Part shown: piece by piece, positions 8,336 to 14,408 of the stretch
How the letters are laid out: every line of letters starts with the position of its first letter
Position numbering within the stretch: the first letter of the stretch is position 1
NCBI GenBank assembly: GCA_038205935.1
Contig: JBBRBK010000042.1
Coordinates: forward strand, 1-16,236
Direction of reading: 5' to 3'
Source: Campylobacterales bacterium
GTDB taxonomy: Bacteria; Campylobacterota; Campylobacteria; Campylobacterales; Sulfurimonadaceae
Length of the DNA: 16,236 bases
Translations under genes and position numbers: made by a program
The notes under the pieces: model-generated
Told to the model about the DNA's origin: nothing
The model's input: only the letters and a program-made list of their open reading frames with translations
Databases searched by the model: none

Positions 8336-8703
8336 TGAGAAAAGAGGGATTTTCCTACGCTTTTGATCCTTCCAAATGTGAAAGCTGTGAAGGAAAATGT
8401 TGTACTGGAGAGAGCGGCTATATCTATGTTTCTCCAGATGAGATTTCAGCTCTTGCAACTCTTTTAAAACTTGAGCCACAAGTTTTTGTAGAGAAATATT
8501 TATATAAAAAAGGGTATAAATACTCTCTTAAAGAAGTTGTTACCAACGGCTCTTATGATTGTATTTTTTATGATAGACCAAGTAATGGCTGTAAAGTGTA
8601 TGAAGCAAGACCGACTCAGTGTAGAACATTCCCTTTTTGGGATTATTTTAAACAAAGAGTTGATGAATTAAAAGATGAATGCCCAGGAATTTTAGATGAT
8701 TAA
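8323..8703 (+). CDS. YkgJ-family cysteine cluster protein
   Basis: CxxCxxxCC at the N-terminus and CIFYD...CKVYEARPTQCRTFPFW. Overlaps both neighbours (operon). Confidence 0.9.
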   Translation: MSDLMRKEGFSYAFDPSKCESCEGKCCTGESGYIYVSPDEISALATLLKLEPQVFVEKYLYKKGYKYSLKEVVTNGSYDCIFYDRPSNGCKVYEARPTQCRTFPFWDYFKQRVDELKDECPGILDD

Positions 8704-9982
8704 AATCTTATATACCGTTTTACTACCTTTGCTTTTTGCAGGATGTATGAATGTTAATGACGTGAAACCTTCACAGAGTGCAAAGTCTTCTAGCCAGGCG
8801 TTTGAGGGTGAAGATAGATATGTAATATTTGCTCTTGAAGCTGAACGAATGGAAGATTATAACTCTTCGGCTTCACTATTTTATACAACATATGAAAAGA
8901 CAGATAAGCCAGAGTATCTGAATAGATCTTTACAAGACTTGTTCAATGCTCATCATTATGATCTCCTTTTAGATCTTGCAACAAAATATCAAAGTAAATA
9001 TCCACAAAACTATATGCTAAAAAGATATGAGATCCTAGCACTGATCAATCAAGATAAAATGCAAGATGCACAAACTAGAGCTTTATCTCTAGCAAATGAG
9101 ACAAAAGATTCTTCAGACGCTATCTTGGTAAGTGATATTTATATACGAGAAAAAGATGTACCAGCTGCATTGGCTTACTTGCAAAAAGTGTATACAAAAA
9201 ATTATGATGAAAAGATTTTAGATAGAGTAGCAACGCTTTTATATGTGAATTTAAATAAAAAACAAGAAGCTATAGATGTTATGGAAGCCCATATCAAAAA
9301 TTATGGATGTTCAAAACTGGTATGTATGAAACTAGCAGCAATGTATGCAAATGAGAACAATATAGATGCTATGACGGCTACTTATGTACGCTTGTATGCT
9401 ATTGATCCTTCGGATGAAGTTGCGCAAAATCTTATTAAAATCTATGGATACCAAAAAAATTATTCACAAATGATGCTTTTTCTAGAAGGTTGTCATTGTA
9501 ATGATGAGTTACTATTACAACTTTATGTAGATGCTAAACTTTTTGACAAAGCTTCCCTGCTTGCTAAAAAGCTCTACGAAGAGAGTTTTACACCACAGTA
9601 TCTTGCTCAAAGTGCTATATTTAAATATGAAAGTATGGGAAAAAAGATTGATAAAAAAAGTTTGGATATCGTATATAAAGATCTAAGTGAAGCTGTAGAA
9701 GCTGATCCAAAAGCGGTTGATCTTAACTATCTTGGCTACTTGATGATCGAACATGACATGGATATCAGCAAGGGAGTTGCTTATGTACAAGAAGCATTAA
9801 AACTTGAGAAAGATTCCCCTTTTTATCTTGATTCTTTGGCGTGGGGTTATTATAAACTTCATAAATGCAAAGAAGCCAAAGCAGTTATGGATCAAGTTGT
9901 GGCAAAAATTGGTTCTGATGAACCAGAAATAAAAGAGCATATAGAAGCAATAAACAAGTGCATAAAGGAAAAGCGTAAATGA
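8696..9982 (+). CDS. TPR-repeat lipoprotein
   Basis: Lipobox LLFAG-C, helical repeats, C-terminal LNYLGY...[14 protein letters not shown] pattern. ATGA overlap with trpC. Confidence 0.8.
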   Translation: MIKILYTVLLPLLFAGCMNVNDVKPSQSAKSSSQAFEGEDRYVIFALEAERMEDYNSSASLFYTTYEKTDKPEYLNRSLQDLFNAHHYDLLLDLATKYQSKYPQNYMLKRYEILALINQDKMQDAQTRALSLANETKDSSDAILVSDIYIREKDVPAALAYLQKVYTKNYDEKILDRVATLLYVNLNKKQEAIDVMEAHIKNYGCSKLVCMKLAAMYANENNIDAMTATYVRLYAIDPSDEVAQNLIKIYGYQKNYSQMMLFLEGCHCNDELLLQLYVDAKLFDKASLLAKKLYEESFTPQYLAQSAIFKYESMGKKIDKKSLDIVYKDLSEAVEADPKAVDLNYLGYLMIEHDMDISKGVAYVQEALKLEKDSPFYLDSLAWGYYKLHKCKEAKAVMDQVVAKIGSDEPEIKEHIEAINKCIKEKRK

Positions 9983-10767
9983 TTTTAGATGATATTATAA
10001 AAAGAACAAAAGCAGATCTTATTGAGAGAGAGAAGAAGTTTAGTCTTGATTGGTTGGGACGTTCATTGGCTTTTAATGCAAGAGTTCCAAGAGATGTATT
10101 TCCATACCTTAGATCGACTCCAGAAGAACCGTACCGCATCATATCTGAAGTCAAAAAAGCGAGTCCTTCTAAAGGTGTTATCCGTGAAGACTTTGACCCT
10201 TTAGCCATTGCACAAGGCTATGAAAGAGGCGGCGCGAATGCTATTTCAGTGCTCACTGAACCGCACTTTTTTCAAGGTGATATTGAGTATCTCGCAGGGA
10301 TTCGCCGTTATGTGGGGATTCCGCTCCTTCGAAAAGATTTTATCGTTTCAAACTATCAAGTATTAGAAGCGATGGTTTATGGCGCTGATTTTATCTTGCT
10401 TATCGCCGCGGCACTTTCCAAAAAAGAGTTAAAAGATCTTCTCAACTACACACGCCATCTTGGAATGGAAGCGCTTATTGAGGTGCATGACAAAAGTGAT
10501 CTCACAAAAGCGATCTACGCAGGAGCTGACATCATTGGGATCAATCATCGAAACTTACAGACTTTTGAGATGAATATGAACCTTTGCTACGAACTTATTC
10601 CTCTCATTCCAAATGGTAAAATTATCGTCGCTGAGAGTGGAATCTATGAGCACGGACAGCTAGAAGATTTAGGAAAAGCTGGAGTGGATGCATTTTTAGT
10701 AGGCGAATCTTTGATGCGTCAGGATAATGTGGAAGAGGCGCTGAAAACTCTTAAATACGGGAAGTAA
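9979..10767 (+). CDS. trpC: indole-3-glycerol phosphate synthase
   Basis: [53 protein letters not shown] and AFLVGESLM. Confidence 0.98.
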   Translation: MILDDIIKRTKADLIEREKKFSLDWLGRSLAFNARVPRDVFPYLRSTPEEPYRIISEVKKASPSKGVIREDFDPLAIAQGYERGGANAISVLTEPHFFQGDIEYLAGIRRYVGIPLLRKDFIVSNYQVLEAMVYGADFILLIAAALSKKELKDLLNYTRHLGMEALIEVHDKSDLTKAIYAGADIIGINHRNLQTFEMNMNLCYELIPLIPNGKIIVAESGIYEHGQLEDLGKAGVDAFLVGESLMRQDNVEEALKTLKYGK

Positions 10768-10772
10768 TCTTC

Positions 10773-10784
10773 CTTACATGTAAG
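10773..10784. repeat. CTTACATGTAAG palindrome
   Basis: Perfect copy 5 nt after the trpC stop, followed by ACTTTTTT. Confidence 0.95.
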
Positions 10785-10795
10785 ACTTTTTTAAA

Positions 10796-11280
10796 TACAC
10801 CTAAGAGCACTTAGCGTAAACGTTGTAGGAACGCAATCGCTTACATGTAAAGGGTTTCTTTCTGTACTTTTTTCTTCGCAAAAAAGTACCAAAAAGCTCT
10901 TGCAACGGCTTCGAGCTTGCCTTTGGCAAGTTCCCAAGAAACTTCTTTTAAATCTCTAAAAATTCAAAACTCAGCTTCGCTTCAAACAGATGAATTTTCT
11001 TAACGAAATTTAAAAGAAATTTCTCGGCTCTGCAGATGTTGCAACTGACGGATAAACTTTTGCGGCGTTTTCTTTGTGTCACTTTGGATTTTAGCTTTTT
11101 TGACCGAGTGGAGTCGTGAAGAAAATGCAACTGTTTGAGCAACTAGTTGCGAGTTTTGCATTTTTAGACGAAGCGACCGAAATAAAGCGTTAAAAAATCC
11201 ATCCTGCTGACACGCTTTTTGGTTACTTTTATAAAAAAGTGACAGAGAAATTTTTTACATGCGAAGTGCCCTTGGGTGTA
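10796..11280. mobile_element. MITE-like non-autonomous element (~485 bp) with TA-flanked terminal inverted repeats and extensive internal secondary structure
   Basis: Left end TACACCTAAGAGCACTTAGC (10796-10815) matches the reverse complement of the right end, TACACCCAAGGGCACTTCGC (11261-11280), at 17/20. TA at both termini, nested inverted repeats inside, no credible CDS. Confidence 0.7.
10840..10851. repeat. palindrome copy CTTACATGTAAA (11/12) inside the MITE-like element
   Basis: Read directly from the sequence. Confidence 0.8.
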
Positions 11281-11360
11281 AGCATAAAATTTATAATTAT
11301 CTATTTTGTCATCTTGGAATAAATGAATATAATGCTTGTCTAATAAAAAGGATGCAAATA

Positions 11361-11675
11361 ATGGCAAATAATTGGAATATCCCTAAATGCTTAGAGCTTG
11401 AAGTAAGAGAAAGAGACACAATATGTGTTTATTGTGGAGTGAATTTTACACCTGCAAAAATTTCTAAAAAAACTGCTGCAAGTTGGGAACATATTATTAA
11501 TGATGCCAAGATTATTACGAGAGAAAATATTGCTCTTTGCTGCTGTGGTTGTAATGCAAGCAAAGGTCAAAAGCCACTTTCAGTTTGGCTTCAATCAAAG
11601 TATTGTTTAGAGAAAAAGATTAGCCCTGAGACTGTCGCACCGATAATTAAAGAAGCTATAAAAAATGGGCAATAA
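11361..11675 (+). CDS. stand-alone HNH endonuclease (~104 aa)
   Basis: VRERD-CVYCG ... WEHII ... NIALCCCGCNASKG is a Zn-binding HNH (HNN variant). AAAGGA RBS at 11347-11352 and TATAAT at 11328-11333 support ATG 11361 rather than 11259. Confidence 0.85.
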   Translation: MANNWNIPKCLELEVRERDTICVYCGVNFTPAKISKKTAASWEHIINDAKIITRENIALCCCGCNASKGQKPLSVWLQSKYCLEKKISPETVAPIIKEAIKNGQ

Positions 11676-11693
11676 ATTTTAATTACCCATTTT
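11662..11693. terminator. hairpin at the end of the HNH gene
   Basis: AAAATGGG (11662-11669) / CCCATTTT (11686-11693) plus inner AAT/ATT, between the convergent HNH and yqeY genes. Confidence 0.45.
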
Positions 11694-11697
11694 AATC

Positions 11698-11709
11698 TTT
11701 ACATGTAAG
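11698..11709. repeat. palindrome copy TTTACATGTAAG (11/12)
   Basis: 7 nt downstream of the GatB/YqeY stop, followed by GTTTTTTTT. Confidence 0.85.
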
Positions 11710-11716
11710 GTTTTTT

Positions 11717-12160
11717 TTACGAAAGTAACGCTTTCGCACACTCATTGATACGCTTTCCATCCACTTTTCCTGCAAGCTCTTTACTCGCCATTCCCATCAC
11801 TTTTCCGATATCTTTCATAGACTCCGCTCCGACTTGTGAGATGATCGCTTTAATAGCAGAACTTAACTCTTCATCGCCAAGCTGTTTTGGTAGGTATGGC
11901 TCATAAAATGCGATCTCTGAAAGCTCTTTTTCTATGAGGTCATCGCGTCCAGCCGTTTGGTACTGAGTGATAGAATCATTTCTTTGTTTGATCTGTTTTT
12001 GGATAATTTTTATGACATCTTCATCAGTGAGCTCTTTTCGCTCATCCACTTCTATCTGTTTAAAAGCACTGCTTAGGAGTCTAAGTGCATCGCGTTTTGC
12101 ATTCTCTTTTGCTTTCATAGCTTCTTTTATTTGGGTATTGATCTGTTCTTTTAAACTCAT
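11717..12160 (-). CDS. GatB/YqeY domain-containing protein
   Basis: MSLKEQI...KEAMKAK...LRLL...IKQRNDSITQY...GRDDL...YLPKQL...DIGKVMG...GKVDGKRIN. Confidence 0.95.
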   Translation of the reverse strand: MSLKEQINTQIKEAMKAKENAKRDALRLLSSAFKQIEVDERKELTDEDVIKIIQKQIKQRNDSITQYQTAGRDDLIEKELSEIAFYEPYLPKQLGDEELSSAIKAIISQVGAESMKDIGKVMGMASKELAGKVDGKRINECAKALLS

Positions 12161-12169
12161 AAATCTTCC

Positions 12170-12186
12170 TTGGAACTTTTTTTGCT
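12170..12186 (+). promoter_or_regulatory. sigma54 (RpoN) -24/-12 promoter of flgH
   Basis: TTGGAAC-TTTTT-TTGCT, with GG (12172-12173) and GC (12184-12185) 10 nt apart. This fits the RpoN consensus of Campylobacterota flagellar genes. Confidence 0.8.
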
Positions 12187-12189
12187 AGT

Positions 12190-12198
12190 ATTATAGCA
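12190..12198 (-). promoter_or_regulatory. extended -10 promoter of the GatB/YqeY gene
   Basis: Minus strand TGCTATAAT about 29 nt upstream of ATG 12160; AAGGAAG RBS at 12165-12171. Confidence 0.65.
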
Positions 12199-12244
12199 AG
12201 AGCGTGTAAAGCCGCCCTTTAGATTGTTTAAAAAGAAGAGATTT

Positions 12245-12958
12245 ATGATTAAAATTTTATTTATTGGCTTATATGTTCTACTCACATTTACTGGCTGTGC
12301 AGAAAATCTTGTGGATCCTGAGATCAATTTTGAGCCGCCTAAGTATGTTGAAGAGATGCCGGCTAAACAAGAACAGCAGGATTTCTCTTCTGCGGGAAGT
12401 ATCTTTGGAAAAGGGGATAATCCTCTTTTCTCAGATCATAAAGCGATGCGTGTGAATGATATTGTAACTATTGTGATTTCAGAAACTGCAAAAAGTAGTA
12501 ACACAGGATCAAAAGCACTCTCAAGCAGTGATACAAGCAGTTTAGGTGGTGGTATTACAGCAGCAAATGGAGGCAATCCTGCTGTTTCGGCAATGGCAAA
12601 TAAGATTAATGGATTGACTAATATCGGTTTTGCAACTAACTCTAGTTCCACGTTTGCAGGTAAAGGTGCAGCAACAAAAGATGCATCATTTACAACGACG
12701 GTTTCTGCAAGAGTAATCAAAATTTTGGAAAATGGAAACTATTTTGTCTCAGGAAAACGTGAAATACTTATAGATGAGCAAAAACAAGTAATACAAGTCA
12801 GCGGTGTGATAAGACCGTATGATATTAGTCAAAGTAATCAGATCAGCTCTTCACAGATGAGTGATGCAAAGATACTTTATAAAACAGAGGGAGACATGGA
12901 TCGTGCAACGCAACGGGGATGGGGAAGTAAACTTGTACATGCTATTTGGCCGTTTTAG
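12245..12958 (+). CDS. flgH: flagellar basal body L-ring protein FlgH
   Basis: Lipobox FTG-C, LFSDHKAMRVNDIVTIVISE, SARVIKILENGN, SGVIRPYDI and C-terminal GWGSKLVHAIWPF. Confidence 0.97.
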   Translation: MIKILFIGLYVLLTFTGCAENLVDPEINFEPPKYVEEMPAKQEQQDFSSAGSIFGKGDNPLFSDHKAMRVNDIVTIVISETAKSSNTGSKALSSSDTSSLGGGITAANGGNPAVSAMANKINGLTNIGFATNSSSTFAGKGAATKDASFTTTVSARVIKILENGNYFVSGKREILIDEQKQVIQVSGVIRPYDISQSNQISSSQMSDAKILYKTEGDMDRATQRGWGSKLVHAIWPF

Positions 12959-14369
12959 CAGTGTTCTTTTATTTACTGTTTTAACGCTACATGCAGGTTC
13001 ATTTGAAGATTTTAAAAAATCCCAGAATGAATCATTTCAAAAATATAAAGATGAACGCGACGAAGCTTTTGATACCTATCTAAAAGAGCAGTGGAAAGCG
13101 TATAGAGAATATTCAGGGCAAACTCTATATGAAAAAACTAAGCCAAAAGTTCTACCAAAAACTACCTATGTTGCGCCACCGAGTTTAGGCCCAAAAGTGA
13201 TGATCGATGTCAATCCTGAACCAAAGCCCATCGTTGAGCAAAAGCCTGTTATCATCCAAAAGCCTGTATCTTTACACAAAGATATCAGTTTCCTATTTTA
13301 CGGCTCAACACTGAATTTTCAAACACCGTATGGACTCAAACAAGCAAGATTTTATCCAAACACGCAAGAGGGAATCGCTTCATTTTTTGATAAAACCGCT
13401 TCTAGTGAATATCAAGCTTTGATAGCAGATATTCAAGCGACAACTACTCAGTTAAATCTCAACGATTGGGGTGTTTATCTTTTGGTCAATCAGCTCTCTG
13501 CAAAAATATTTGAGGACTCCGATGATGCAAAACTCTTTAGCTGGTTTGTGTTCAATAAGCTAGGATATGCCGTGAAAGTTGGCTTGGCAGAAAATAATCA
13601 TGTAGTCTTACTGACTTACTCTAAAAAGATGATCTACTCCACGCCAAGTTATACGCTGGATAATAAGAAGTTTTATGCACTTAGCTATTACAACAAGCGT
13701 GGAGCAGGAAATATTTATACTTATAATCAGGATTATCCAGGATCTCTAAGACCGCTTGATTTGGCGCTTCTTACGCTTCCAAATTTTCCAGTTGCTAAAA
13801 AATCAAAAACATTACAGTTCAGTTATCAAGGCAAAGCGATCAAAATAGCGTTTGATTACAATCTAAATATCATTGATTTTATGGCCTCTTATCCTCAAGC
13901 TGATTATGACACTTATTTTGATGCGCCAATGGAAAATGAGACTTATGTTCAAGTGGCTACGGCTCTTAAAAAATATATAGACGGCAAACGCGCGAGTGAT
14001 GCAATGAACTTTGTACTCTCCTTCGTACAACATGCATTTGTTTATGAAACGGATCAGCAGCAGTTTGGACGAGAAAAGTTTATGTTCGCAGAGGAAACGC
14101 TTTATTACCCTGGAAGTGACTGTGAAGATCGAGCAACTTTATATGCATATCTGATGGAGAAACTTTTTCATGTGAATGTGGTCGGAGTAAAATATGCAGA
14201 TCATATGACAACGGCCATTCAAGTTCCGATGCCCGGAGATGCTTTTTATATCGAACATCAACGCTATGTGATCGCTGACCCAACCTATATCAACGCGACG
14301 ATAGGACAAAGTATGCCACAGTATAGAAGTGTTATTCCGGAACGTTTTATTATTGTAAAAGCGAATTAA
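12939..14369 (+). CDS. exported protein with a C-terminal transglutaminase-like (Cys-His-Asp) domain
   Basis: Signal peptide MLFGRFSSVLLFTVLTLHA from ATG 12939 and a Pro-rich linker. ETLYYPGSDCEDRATL ... HMTTA ... ADPT forms the catalytic-triad pattern. Confidence 0.7.
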   Translation: MLFGRFSSVLLFTVLTLHAGSFEDFKKSQNESFQKYKDERDEAFDTYLKEQWKAYREYSGQTLYEKTKPKVLPKTTYVAPPSLGPKVMIDVNPEPKPIVEQKPVIIQKPVSLHKDISFLFYGSTLNFQTPYGLKQARFYPNTQEGIASFFDKTASSEYQALIADIQATTTQLNLNDWGVYLLVNQLSAKIFEDSDDAKLFSWFVFNKLGYAVKVGLAENNHVVLLTYSKKMIYSTPSYTLDNKKFYALSYYNKRGAGNIYTYNQDYPGSLRPLDLALLTLPNFPVAKKSKTLQFSYQGKAIKIAFDYNLNIIDFMASYPQADYDTYFDAPMENETYVQVATALKKYIDGKRASDAMNFVLSFVQHAFVYETDQQQFGREKFMFAEETLYYPGSDCEDRATLYAYLMEKLFHVNVVGVKYADHMTTAIQVPMPGDAFYIEHQRYVIADPTYINATIGQSMPQYRSVIPERFIIVKAN

Positions 14370-14372
14370 AGG

Positions 14373-14405
14373 CTTACATGTAAGGGCTTTATCCATAAAG
14401 CCTTT
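14373..14405. terminator. CTTACATGTAAG palindrome (14373-14384) followed by a hairpin; convergent-gene terminator
   Basis: Perfect palindrome 3 nt after stop 14369, then GGCTTTA-TCCA-TAAAGCC (14385-14402) followed by TTTT. Confidence 0.65.
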
Positions 14406-14408
14406 TAT

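Noticed and set aside
11131..11155. Hammerhead ribozyme core (CTGTTTGA-stem-GAGTT)
   Set aside because: It only superficially resembles CUGANGA-stem-GAAA; the invariant core residues do not match.
11259..11360. 34-aa N-terminal extension of the HNH ORF
   Set aside because: It starts inside the right TIR region and spans the -10 box and RBS that serve ATG 11361.
10948..11367. Minus-strand ORFs 10948-11142 and 11164-11367
   Set aside because: They lie over the inverted-repeat element, show no recognisable domain and do not resemble a transposase remnant.
10796..11675. IscB/HEARO (OMEGA) RNA-guided system
   Set aside because: The protein is only ~104 aa with no PLMP, RuvC or bridge-helix segments, and the element has TIRs rather than IS200/605-type ends.
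12861..12938. Long overlap of the 502-aa ORF with flgH
   Set aside because: The signal peptide begins at ATG 12939, so the real overlap is only 20 nt.
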